IMG/VR virus record: IMGVR_UViG_3300008255_001700
Location: 1-24,677 of that record
Reading direction: 5' to 3' (one strand)
Length of the DNA stretch: 24,677 nt
Source of the DNA: a virus
Taxonomy: Duplodnaviria > Caudoviricetes
Shown: positions 8,758-16,859 of the stretch, piece after piece
Numbering within the stretch: the stretch's first letter is position 1
How the letters are laid out: each line of letters opens with the position of its first letter
The notes under the pieces: model-generated
Seen by the model: the letters and a program-made list of their open reading frames with translations, nothing else
Database searches by the model: none
What the model was told of the DNA's origin: nothing
Program-made: the position numbers and the translations under genes

Positions 8758-9544
8758 TCATATGTCCGTCATTTTCTAATTTTCCCTCTCCATGTACTAT
8801 GTACAGGGGTATATCATATGGCTTAGACCAATACCTCCTAGTGTACTTATAGAAAAGATAATAGTCGTTGCCATAAGGATTACCAAGCTCTTTAGCAAGT
8901 TTCTTTCCTTTTTCCTCAACTGGAACCATAAAATATTGTTCTATTTCTGGAAACTCAATCTGTGCAGCAATAGAGAAATCCCAAGGATTAGTCATATAGA
9001 GAAAATCCCTATTGCCACTTGGATCTGGTATAACCCCAGTGAGAGGATACCCACCTAATTCTTCGTATAAACTTCTATGAAACGCGAAAGTACCATTAAC
9101 AATGTTGCCACCGCCAAATATAACATGACCCACTTCTTCCAGTTCTGGTTTAAATGATCCTCGTATTGATGCTTCATAATTCTTCCTTACATGGATAGAT
9201 CCATAGTTAAACAATTTATATTCTGGGTTATTCTCGATCATCTGATTGAGACACTCAAGATAATAACTCATATACTCATCATCACTATCTAAAAATACTA
9301 TCCATTCACCACTAGCTATTTTAAGACCCTCGTTATAAGCAATAATTCTTTCATAATGAGGTTGCTTAATTAGTTTAGCAAATTTTGGTAACGTAGGTAA
9401 ATCAATTGTGCTTCCATCATCAATCAAAATCCACTCAAAGTCTCTAAACGACTGTGCTTTTAGAGATCTCATGGATCTAATAAGCTGTTTTTGTTTTAGC
9501 TTATGAAAAACATGGACTGGAGTTATAACCGAAAATTTAGGCAT
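8747..9544 (-). CDS. Glycosyltransferase family 2
   Basis: FSVITPV, QSFRDFEWILIDDGST, YNEGLKIASGEWIVFLDSDD, ELGGY motifs. Confidence 0.95.
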   Translation of the reverse strand: MPKFSVITPVHVFHKLKQKQLIRSMRSLKAQSFRDFEWILIDDGSTIDLPTLPKFAKLIKQPHYERIIAYNEGLKIASGEWIVFLDSDDEYMSYYLECLNQMIENNPEYKLFNYGSIHVRKNYEASIRGSFKPELEEVGHVIFGGGNIVNGTFAFHRSLYEELGGYPLTGVIPDPSGNRDFLYMTNPWDFSIAAQIEFPEIEQYFMVPVEEKGKKLAKELGNPYGNDYYLFYKYTRRYWSKPYDIPLYIVHGEGKLENDGHMIDK

Positions 9545-10574
9545 GTTTTGCGTATCCTAGTATTTCATCTACTTCTTTTTGAACTTCTTTTGGTTGATTA
9601 GCAATATACTGTTCTCTTAAATCTAACTTATCTCCTGGTTCATATTGGTTAAATTCTTCTTGAGTAATAGTTTGAACATCTCCAAAACCAAACCCTAATA
9701 CAGATAGTGTTTCTGGATTCATCACCCAGCAAACCTCGTCATTTTCATTGATATAATAAACCTTGTCTCCAGATCTATCAGTTCTTACAACGCTACCAAG
9801 ATATTCTTTTTTCTGTAGTTGAGGTAGATCATTGTCATGAACTTTTTTAAACTCAGGAATACCGTATTCATCTAATTTATGTTTTTCTTTTGTATACTGT
9901 TTGTTTTGATCCATAATATCTGCAAAATTAATTCCCTGTTTACCAAGAGAAGTACCAGTAGCCATTCCTACATGATGTGTGGCAACTCTGCTATCTGATT
10001 TAGCAACTAGTCCTAGCTTCTCCATTCTTAGTTTAAAATCAACATCTTCTCCATAACCAAGTCCATAGTTCTCATCAAAATACCCCACCTTATCAATCAA
10101 ATCTCTCTTAAACATAAAACATGAGAAGTCTGTAAAATCTTTAAGATGTTTATCTGGATTGAGGTCTGCAACATATCTACATGATTCTTGGGCTCTCCCA
10201 TAAGGCTTATCATACATTGGAGTTGCCATTACTAGATCAACATGTTCTAAAGACTGAACCATTTGTCTGTCCCAAGAATCAAATACTTGAACATCGCTAT
10301 TAAGTATCGCTATATAATCCCCTGTAGCTTCTTTAATTCCCTGATTCCATGATTTTGCTACTCCTAAGTTCTCGTCATTGCAGACATATTTATCAACTAC
10401 ATCTTCCCATATTAATCCCCCAAGAGTTACAGTTGAAGCGTTGTCAATCACAATAATCTCATATTCTAAATCAGTAAAATATTTAATTGACCCGATACAA
10501 TTTCCAGTATAATGAGCTGGTGGATTATCAGTGTTACAGATTGGGATACAAATACTCAATTTTATACTTGACAT
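9537..10574 (-). CDS. Glycosyltransferase family 2 with a C-terminal accessory domain
   Basis: EIIVIDNAS, NLGVAKSWNQG, ILNSDV, VGYFDENYGLGYGEDVD motifs, plus a C-terminal VVRTDRSGDKVYYI...WVMNPETLSVLGFGFGDVQTI module. Confidence 0.93.
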   Translation of the reverse strand: MSSIKLSICIPICNTDNPPAHYTGNCIGSIKYFTDLEYEIIVIDNASTVTLGGLIWEDVVDKYVCNDENLGVAKSWNQGIKEATGDYIAILNSDVQVFDSWDRQMVQSLEHVDLVMATPMYDKPYGRAQESCRYVADLNPDKHLKDFTDFSCFMFKRDLIDKVGYFDENYGLGYGEDVDFKLRMEKLGLVAKSDSRVATHHVGMATGTSLGKQGINFADIMDQNKQYTKEKHKLDEYGIPEFKKVHDNDLPQLQKKEYLGSVVRTDRSGDKVYYINENDEVCWVMNPETLSVLGFGFGDVQTITQEEFNQYEPGDKLDLREQYIANQPKEVQKEVDEILGYAKHA

Positions 10575-10632
10575 ATGGTGTTCCTATTTGTAACATATAC
10601 TCTATGAAGTGGAAAAAAAGAAACTTCTAACT

Positions 10633-11412
10633 TCATTTATTTCCTCCAGATAATAATTCCTCATTGATAATGTTAATCTTCTCAAATAACTTGCTAGCTG
10701 AATAGGTAGCAAGAGCTTTAAAATCTTTTTTAAGACAATGACCTCCTGCTCCCCTACCTCCCTGGTGAATCACATCTAGGTGATTCTTTCCAATCCACTT
10801 ACGCTTATACATTGCTTCTTTAACTACATCATATTTAGCACCTGTTTTTTTGGCGTAATCATATATTTGGTTGGCATAGATCACCTTAGTGGTATAAAAG
10901 CCGTTTATAGCCAGTTTAATAGTCTCTGCGGTAACATTATCAGTCTTGATGATGTCAGCACCTTTGAATCTAGCTTTATAAATACCATCAACATCTTGGA
11001 CGTAGTTTGGTTGTCTGCCACCAATGACAATAATATCTGGGTGCATTGAATCATGTTCAACAGTTTTCTCAGTGATAAACTCGGGGTTACTAACAACATT
11101 ATTTATCCCTAGTGTGTCCATAACATAATCTGCATATCCTGGATAAACAGTAGACTTAATGATAAAGACGTTTTGTTTACCTTGGGAACTAATAGATTTA
11201 ATTAGTTCAGTAGTTGTATCAAGTTGATAACGTCCAGACGAATCAACACTACTAGGCAAACAAACAAAAATATAGCGATAATCCCCAACGTCTTTAAGAT
11301 CAACATAAGTATATCCATCAACTTTTTTAAGATCATGATAGTGTTTTATTCCTAATGAGTCTGCTAATGATTTACCTACTATTCCAAGACCAAGTACTAA
11401 AGCGTTGTTCAT
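10633..11412 (-). CDS. UDP-glucose/GDP-mannose 6-dehydrogenase family, lacking the C-terminal domain
   Basis: GLGIVG, FVCLP, IKSTVYPG, NPEF, AETIKLAINGF, GAGGHCLKKD (catalytic Cys). Only 259 aa. Confidence 0.92.
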   Translation of the reverse strand: MNNALVLGLGIVGKSLADSLGIKHYHDLKKVDGYTYVDLKDVGDYRYIFVCLPSSVDSSGRYQLDTTTELIKSISSQGKQNVFIIKSTVYPGYADYVMDTLGINNVVSNPEFITEKTVEHDSMHPDIIVIGGRQPNYVQDVDGIYKARFKGADIIKTDNVTAETIKLAINGFYTTKVIYANQIYDYAKKTGAKYDVVKEAMYKRKWIGKNHLDVIHQGGRGAGGHCLKKDFKALATYSASKLFEKINIINEELLSGGNK

Positions 11413-12737
11413 TTTACCTCTCCATAGAAAAGTGGTTCTAATTCATTTTTGAATATGTAATCTAAGTTTCTTTCTTTCCTAATTCTGATCTGCATAGCCA
11501 TTGAGATATCGTTTTTAAGTCTATCTACAATAAGTCCTGCTGTATCTTTGTGATACCCATCCTCATTACCATATTTAGTGCTAGTGTTAGTGTTCTCTCC
11601 CATAGCTTCTTCATATCCAGTAGCTACATCCCAATTACTCGAGTACTTCCTGAAAATAGCACTCTTGCCAAATATATCTCTAAATGGTGGGTAGTCTTGG
11701 TTAAGCACAATCACGTTTTTTGTCAGTGCTGCTTCCTGGGTAATATATGAATAACTTTCAGATACAGATGGCATCACAAACACATTACTCATTCTAAAAA
11801 GAGCCAATACATCTTTGTGAGATATTGAGTGTTCCCATTGTTCATGAAACTCACTAGTGAACAATAACTCTTGAGTGTTAAGTCCTTGATCAATTCCCAT
11901 TGCTTTTAACTCATCACGATAAGTAACCTTATCTCCGCCCGTGGAGTGAAAATCAACTACAATCATTCTGACATCAAGACCAAACTTCTTTACTTGAGCC
12001 ATTGTCTTAATTGGAAACTGAACTTGCTTACCTCTATCAAGTCTAATCGGATAAATACAAATTGCATCAGCACTATAAATATCGTGTCTCTTAATAAACT
12101 TCTTGAGTAATCCACTCTCAACTCCATATACCTCATCGAGATCAGATGGGTGATGAACTGTTCTAACCTGTCTTTCATTAACACCAAAGTTCTTAGCAAT
12201 CACATACTTTGAGATATCGTTGAAAAATACATAAAAAGAGTTAGGAAATGGTATCTTCATTAGAGCCAAGTATTCATCAGAGAATATACCCATAAGCCTG
12301 TTTAAGGTGATTGGAGGGGTTGCAGAGTTAATCCAGTGCAACCATTTAACATTAGGAAATTCTTTAACTAAAGCTCTTGCAGCGAAGTTATACTTTAACT
12401 CACTTGGCTTATATACAATATCCTGGGTAATACAAACATCAACACCTTTAAGATGCTCTCTAAGTGCCGACTTAATCTCTTCTATATCTTTATCAAAAGT
12501 CTCATCTTTTCTCACCTCATTATGACAAGGAACATTAGGAATCTTTCTTAGATCCACATCCTTATGTGCAAAATAACCTTCTGGTTTGAAACTATCTGAG
12601 ACAATAACTCTAGGCTTGTAACCGTTACGGACAAGCATCTTAATTTGATCTTCAGCAACTCTAATAAGAGAATATGCCTCATCATATGAAAAGAAATTAG
12701 TAAAAATACAAACGGATTTATTTGGTGTCTCTAACAT
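11409..12737 (-). CDS. GT-B glycosyltransferase (GT4-like), first gene of the glycan operon
   Basis: YPIRLDRGK, FVMPSVSESYSYITQEAA (E-X7-E motif), two-domain length. Confidence 0.88.
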   Translation of the reverse strand: MLETPNKSVCIFTNFFSYDEAYSLIRVAEDQIKMLVRNGYKPRVIVSDSFKPEGYFAHKDVDLRKIPNVPCHNEVRKDETFDKDIEEIKSALREHLKGVDVCITQDIVYKPSELKYNFAARALVKEFPNVKWLHWINSATPPITLNRLMGIFSDEYLALMKIPFPNSFYVFFNDISKYVIAKNFGVNERQVRTVHHPSDLDEVYGVESGLLKKFIKRHDIYSADAICIYPIRLDRGKQVQFPIKTMAQVKKFGLDVRMIVVDFHSTGGDKVTYRDELKAMGIDQGLNTQELLFTSEFHEQWEHSISHKDVLALFRMSNVFVMPSVSESYSYITQEAALTKNVIVLNQDYPPFRDIFGKSAIFRKYSSNWDVATGYEEAMGENTNTSTKYGNEDGYHKDTAGLIVDRLKNDISMAMQIRIRKERNLDYIFKNELEPLFYGEVK

Positions 12738-12745
12738 TACCTATT

Positions 12746-12774
12746 AAGGTAGCATAAAAACGGTAAAATGTCAA
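12746..12774 (-). promoter_or_regulatory. Promoter of the glycosyltransferase operon, TTGACA-N17-TACCTT with extended TG
   Basis: TTGACA 12774-12769, TACCTT 12751-12746 preceded by TGc; GAGACACCA follows 14 nt downstream (12731-12723). Confidence 0.7.
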
Positions 12775-13082
12775 GCAGATGACTGTGGTAGATCGAGTGC
12801 TACACTGACTGAGTGAAGAAAACCTTCTCCATCAACTACATCAATATAGACTCCGTTAGGAAATAAAATTGGTCGATCAAATGACTCTGATTTAGATCCA
12901 GCGGAAGCATCAGCTTCAGCAGACCATAGTATCTCACCAGATACACCATCTTTAAAATCAACAAGTACATCACCACCTAAAGCAACAATCTCGTAAGCAC
13001 ACAATGCTGTTTGAGCCTCATGAGCTGCACCAGATTCAGTTACTCTTTTTGCAATTGATAGTGGTCTTGTATATCCTGACAT
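12771..13082 (-). CDS. Small beta-rich protein, probable minor virion protein
   Basis: Position in the head module; PILFPNGVYIDV motif resembles small phage structural proteins. Confidence 0.55.
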   Translation of the reverse strand: MSGYTRPLSIAKRVTESGAAHEAQTALCAYEIVALGGDVLVDFKDGVSGEILWSAEADASAGSKSESFDRPILFPNGVYIDVVDGEGFLHSVSVALDLPQSSA

Positions 13083-13083
13083 A

Positions 13084-13578
13084 TTAGTTGGCTAAGAAAT
13101 TGCCCCCTCCTGTTTTTTTACCTCGCATACTTGCTGTTGGAACATCTTCCTCAAGTCCTGCTCCATACCATCCATCTCTCTCTCCTTTTGGAATACCCTC
13201 TTGAAAGTCAATGCTTTGATCAACTGGTTTATTAAGATATTCAATCTCTCCTGCATCAGCAATAGAATCCATTATCTCTTGTGTTTTAGCAGTAATCTCA
13301 TGTTTTGTAGTCATATGAGCTTTTAAAGCAGGTTCAGAATTAGTTTCAAATTCACAATGTTCACATTTAAGCTCTTTAACTTCCATGAGTTTTAATGTCT
13401 TTTGTATATCTTCTGGTTTAATCTCTCTTAGAAATCCATATCTATTGAGCAATTCTGTTGCCACAATATCTGGAAACTTAGCCATTGTATTAACAGCTAG
13501 TGACCAAGGTTTTTGACTCATCCACCTAAAATCTTTAATTGATGCACCGTTCTTTGGGTTATAAATTATTTTTTTCAT
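13084..13578 (-). CDS. Hypothetical protein with a C2H2 zinc finger
   Basis: CEHCEFETNSEPALKAHMTTKH (C-x2-C-x12-H-x4-H); SD GGAGG upstream. Confidence 0.75.
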   Translation of the reverse strand: MKKIIYNPKNGASIKDFRWMSQKPWSLAVNTMAKFPDIVATELLNRYGFLREIKPEDIQKTLKLMEVKELKCEHCEFETNSEPALKAHMTTKHEITAKTQEIMDSIADAGEIEYLNKPVDQSIDFQEGIPKGERDGWYGAGLEEDVPTASMRGKKTGGGNFLAN

Positions 13579-13591
13579 GTTTTACAGCCTC

Positions 13592-13915
13592 CTAAACTGT
13601 TGTAGTAGTCGATGTAGACGTACTAGTTGTAGTCACCGATGTAGATGTACTAGTTGTAGTTGTTGATGTGCTTGTTGAAGTAGTAGTACTTGAAGAAGTT
13701 GAAGTTGAGGTGGTTGTGGTGCTAGTTGATGTACTAGTGGTAGTCGTAAAATTAACTCCCCACCATTTTTCATCAGATGCACTATATCTATAGTAAATAT
13801 TATCAGTAGTGTTATAAAACTGTTCACCGTTAGCAGGACTTGTGGGGAATCCAGAAGTGCGTGTTGCCATCTTGCCTGCATATTTGCTAAAATGTGTTCC
13901 TGTGCTTCCTACCAT
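13592..13915 (-). CDS. Mucin-like virion protein 3: small beta domain + 51-aa Thr/Ser tail
   Basis: SKYAGK...PTSPANGEQFYNTTDNIYYRY...W, then 49 of the last 51 residues are T/S. Confidence 0.85.
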   Translation of the reverse strand: MVGSTGTHFSKYAGKMATRTSGFPTSPANGEQFYNTTDNIYYRYSASDEKWWGVNFTTTTSTSTSTTTTSTSTSSSTTTSTSTSTTTTSTSTSVTTTSTSTSTTTTV

Positions 13916-13925
13916 ATTTATTTCT

Positions 13926-14144
13926 TTATGTTGTAGTTGTACTTGTACTAGTTGTTGTTAATCCTACTGCTTTCCAAACATTGTCTCCAGAATGAATAGA
14001 AACTGCTGGTACAGTTGTATCGTAATACATCTGTCCACTACCATCAAGACCTGCCACACCCTCATCTGTAGGAGGTTCTGCTAATTCCTCAAGTGTTCCC
14101 TTGAGTTGTGAAACGTGTGTGTATTGATCTTTTAAATTTGACAT
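13926..14144 (-). CDS. Mucin-like virion protein 2: small beta domain + 10-aa Thr/Ser tail
   Basis: SQLKG...GQMYYDTT...W, ending TTTSTSTTTT. Confidence 0.8.
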   Translation of the reverse strand: MSNLKDQYTHVSQLKGTLEELAEPPTDEGVAGLDGSGQMYYDTTVPAVSIHSGDNVWKAVGLTTTSTSTTTT

Positions 14145-14147
14145 ATT

Positions 14148-14369
14148 TTATGTTGTTGTTGTACTTGTAGATGTAGTTGTTGAAGTACTCGTAGTAGTAG
14201 AAGTTGAAGTAGAGGTCGTAGTTTCAATTACTACTCCTCTCCAAGTAGACCCATCATATCTAAACCAAGCATTAAGAGTTGTGTTGAAATACTCATCACC
14301 CTCCACAGCTTGTGAAGGATTACTTGTTGCTGTTCTTATTTTACCTGCAAATTTAGAATACTGAGTCAT
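14148..14369 (-). CDS. Mucin-like virion protein 1: small beta domain + 24-aa Thr/Ser tail
   Basis: SKFAGK...PSQAVEGDEYFNTTLNAWFRYDGSTW, then 24 consecutive T/S residues. Confidence 0.85.
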   Translation of the reverse strand: MTQYSKFAGKIRTATSNPSQAVEGDEYFNTTLNAWFRYDGSTWRGVVIETTTSTSTSTTTSTSTTTSTSTTTT

Positions 14370-14390
14370 ATTAATTTTACTTTACACTAT

Positions 14391-14426
14391 TTGGGGGAGA
14401 GTGTAAATAGCTCCACCCTCCCCCAA
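14391..14426. terminator. Strong stem-loop after the major capsid gene (mRNA stabiliser or partial terminator)
   Basis: Minus strand TTGGGGGAGGGTG / CACTCTCCCCCAA, 13 bp with one G-U; no U-tract on the minus strand. Confidence 0.6.
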
Positions 14427-14431
14427 TATTT

Positions 14432-15349
14432 TTAACCTGAGTATGCGGCTCCATCGCCTAAACTACCCCAGACACCTCTCCAGTCGGAGAATCCGTTGGA
14501 GAATCTAGTTCTAGTTTTAAACAATGCCATACCTGTATCAAACGCATTATCTTGCTTGAATTCTGGTTTAATTCTCCAGAACCATTGCAATTTATGTTGT
14601 GTTGAATCAAGTAAGAACCACATGGTGTTGTTATAAGTTAGGTACTCCCATGAAACAACCTTAAACTTACCTTTGTAAGTGTTCATGTCGTTATCAGCAG
14701 TACCGGCTCTCATAGACGAACCAGTGATGATCTCAGCATCTTTCTCTAGGTCAACAGGAACAAGGATAGTATTAGGCATAACCTGAATCCTTTGTCCTTT
14801 GTCATCCAACTGTTGTCTAGCTGCAATTCTTCCTGTTTCTAAGTTTGGTTCAGTTAAAGTAATACCAGTTGAACTTGCATTACTTTGTGAAGAACCACCA
14901 TCAGAACGAGGATGAGCTGTTGATACCAATTCTTGACCATCACCACCTAGATAGCTTGAGTTAAATGCCCTGTTAAAGACATTAGCTGCACTATTTTCAG
15001 AAGTTCTACGAGCTGCACGAGCTAACTGAGCTGGTTTCTTTTTGATGACGTTATATTGATCATCTTCAACCATCTCTTCACTCACTTTAAAGCCTTTTGT
15101 GTACTTTTGATGAGTGTACGTTACATCATACATCTGGATAGGATCTTCGTAGTCGATTTGTTCACCTTCACTAGTAAGCTGAAGCAAACCAAACCCTGTG
15201 ATTCCTGAATCCTTCTCGTCCTGTTTATCAGAACTATCTACATTGAAAATTTGCGGGAACACTAGAGGCATTTCATTATACGCATCATCAAAGATGGTAC
15301 GAAATCCTGGCTCGAGTAGGTCACCGAAATTTGATCTAAAAGCTGCCAT
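14432..15349 (-). CDS. Major capsid protein (HK97 fold, Mu gpT-like family)
   Basis: LLEPG...Y, GFGLL..TSEG.QIDY, YTHQKYTKGFKVSEEMVEDDQY, GGDGQELVSTAHP, RFSNGFSDWRG motifs; follows scaffold and decoration genes. Confidence 0.92.
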   Translation of the reverse strand: MAAFRSNFGDLLEPGFRTIFDDAYNEMPLVFPQIFNVDSSDKQDEKDSGITGFGLLQLTSEGEQIDYEDPIQMYDVTYTHQKYTKGFKVSEEMVEDDQYNVIKKKPAQLARAARRTSENSAANVFNRAFNSSYLGGDGQELVSTAHPRSDGGSSQSNASSTGITLTEPNLETGRIAARQQLDDKGQRIQVMPNTILVPVDLEKDAEIITGSSMRAGTADNDMNTYKGKFKVVSWEYLTYNNTMWFLLDSTQHKLQWFWRIKPEFKQDNAFDTGMALFKTRTRFSNGFSDWRGVWGSLGDGAAYSG

Positions 15350-15364
15350 ATTTTCTTTCTTGTA

Positions 15365-15390
15365 TAGCCCACCCGATCAAGAGTGGGCTA
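15365..15390 (-). promoter_or_regulatory. Stem-loop upstream of the capsid start
   Basis: Minus strand TAGCCCACTC-ttgatc-GGGTGGGCTA, 10 bp with one G-U. Confidence 0.55.
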
Positions 15391-15409
15391 CTTTTATATT
15401 ATTTTACTA

Positions 15410-15946
15410 TTAAGTCTCTGGTTCAAAAGCGTCACCCTGCCATGCAACGATTCTAAAGATACCTTTAGAAGCATCAGCATCGCTATCAGGATCTCTTTTC
15501 CAGAGTTGTAACTCGCCAACAGTTGCACTATTAGTGTCACCATCAACCTGATCTTCATCAATCAGTGAGAAAAATTCCATGTCCATAGCTGAAGTTAAAC
15601 TTGCATCTGCATCATTATAAAACAATGCGTATGGATCACAAATCATCTTGACTTTGACCTTTTTATCAGTTTGATTATCAGACGTTGCAACATATGTTTT
15701 AGCACTTGATGTCCAAGTTCCATCATAGTTGTCGCTTTGTGTACTATCTAAATCAATACCGTTAGCGTCTGTGATTCCTGCCACAATACCCATGATACGA
15801 TCATTCGCATCACAAACTTGTGCAAAACCATCAGTCATTTTAACTGCATCACCAACTGTTACTGTTTGACTGTTACCAACAATCGCATCCCTGGTTACGG
15901 GGTTTGCGGCACCAAGTAGGTGTCCTCGAAGTGAAAAACCTGCCAT
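15410..15946 (-). CDS. Head decoration / auxiliary capsid protein
   Basis: Beta-rich and acidic (TVTVGDAVKM...IMGIVAG...V.M.CDP); position between scaffold and major capsid gene. Confidence 0.7.
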   Translation of the reverse strand: MAGFSLRGHLLGAANPVTRDAIVGNSQTVTVGDAVKMTDGFAQVCDANDRIMGIVAGITDANGIDLDSTQSDNYDGTWTSSAKTYVATSDNQTDKKVKVKMICDPYALFYNDADASLTSAMDMEFFSLIDEDQVDGDTNSATVGELQLWKRDPDSDADASKGIFRIVAWQGDAFEPET

Positions 15947-15967
15947 AATTTCTTTCCAATAAGCTAG

Positions 15968-16750
15968 TTACCCAGCTTGTTTCTTTTTACTTTCTAAATA
16001 CTTTTCTGGGCTTACACCCAATTTTTTAGCTACTGCTAATTCGCTGTCCGAGAGTTTACTATTGCTAGAATCTCCTTTCGAGCTACTAGACGAAAATCGT
16101 CCTATAGAGGCAAAGTCAGCCATATCTTTAGGATCTGAAGATGTTATTTTGTCCATATTAGATAAGAAATAAGCCTTCTCTAATAATTTAGGTAATCTCT
16201 CCAAACTAACGCTACTTAAAACATCAGCCATAGATTTCTTACCAGATGGATCAATTAAATCCGCAAGTTCCTTACCGACCTTCTTTAAAGCACTCTGTTT
16301 TTCCTCTGGTTTTAAATCATCAAAACCAAAATCTTTACTAAAATCAGAAATAATCCGATTCTCGTGTGAACGCCTTAGATCAGTGAGCCTACTATCCTCC
16401 ACGCTTTCTTTTTTATCCGTACTTGAATCGCTGTCATCACCAGTTAGTTTTTTTAATTGCTTTTCTACTTTTGCAGTTAGGTCAGGATCAGAATAAATAG
16501 CTTGTGCTAATAATTCTTGATTTCTCTTCAACTGTTTAGCTTCTGCAACTGTATGAGATTGCTCTCCGAACTTTCTCTCAAGTTCTCCATACATCTTGAC
16601 TAAATCTTCTGTTGATTTTCCAGCAAGTTTTTCAGGAATATCGTTTGAATGTGCTTGTGATTTACTTCCTGCTTTATCTTCCCCATCACCATCGGAAGGA
16701 GCTACTTTTTTATCTTTATCCTCTAGTGAGGGAGACTTATCTTCTGTCAT
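15968..16750 (-). CDS. Capsid scaffolding protein
   Basis: Acidic disordered N-terminus, IPEKLAGKSTEDLVKMYGELERKFG, coiled coil, C-terminal LSDSELAVAKKLGVSPEKY coat-binding-like helix pair. Confidence 0.85.
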   Translation of the reverse strand: MTEDKSPSLEDKDKKVAPSDGDGEDKAGSKSQAHSNDIPEKLAGKSTEDLVKMYGELERKFGEQSHTVAEAKQLKRNQELLAQAIYSDPDLTAKVEKQLKKLTGDDSDSSTDKKESVEDSRLTDLRRSHENRIISDFSKDFGFDDLKPEEKQSALKKVGKELADLIDPSGKKSMADVLSSVSLERLPKLLEKAYFLSNMDKITSSDPKDMADFASIGRFSSSSSKGDSSNSKLSDSELAVAKKLGVSPEKYLESKKKQAG

Positions 16751-16794
16751 TTTGACTTTCTAGGGCTGTATTGATACAGTTATCCTCTTTTACT

Positions 16795-16818
16795 AAAAAA
16801 CACCCGTTTCAAGGTGTC
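16795..16818 (-). terminator. Intrinsic-terminator-like hairpin in the scaffold leader (possible attenuator)
   Basis: GACACC-ttgaaacg-GGTGTT followed by TTTT; the 5' arm is part of the GAGACACC motif. Confidence 0.55.
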
Positions 16819-16827
16819 TCAGTTACT

Positions 16828-16859
16828 ATCATGTATTATATTACTCAACTTGTCAAGTT
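16828..16859 (-). promoter_or_regulatory. Promoter region for the scaffold/capsid genes with a 13-bp palindrome
   Basis: TTGACA 16856-16851 lies inside the palindrome AACTTG-n-CAAGTT (16847-16859). -10 candidates are TATAAT 16840-16835 or CATGAT 16833-16828 (17-nt spacer). Confidence 0.6.

Noticed and set aside
465-12737. Host O-antigen/capsule locus or serotype-conversion cassette
   Set aside because: No flippase, polymerase, exporter, priming transferase or membrane proteins; embedded and co-oriented within virion genes.
465-12737. DNA hypermodification cluster
   Set aside because: No dNMP hydroxymethylase, TET/JBP, kinase or replication genes in the window, and the context is structural. 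Disfavoured rather than formally excluded for every GT.
13592-14230. CRISPR array or microsatellite suggested by the gtagtt/gtacta-like repeats
   Set aside because: Repeats are degenerate in-frame Thr/Ser codons with no repeat-spacer periodicity.
13592-14369. Diversity-generating retroelement target suggested by fibre-like head domains
   Set aside because: No reverse transcriptase or TR/VR pair with adenine-specific differences seen in the window.
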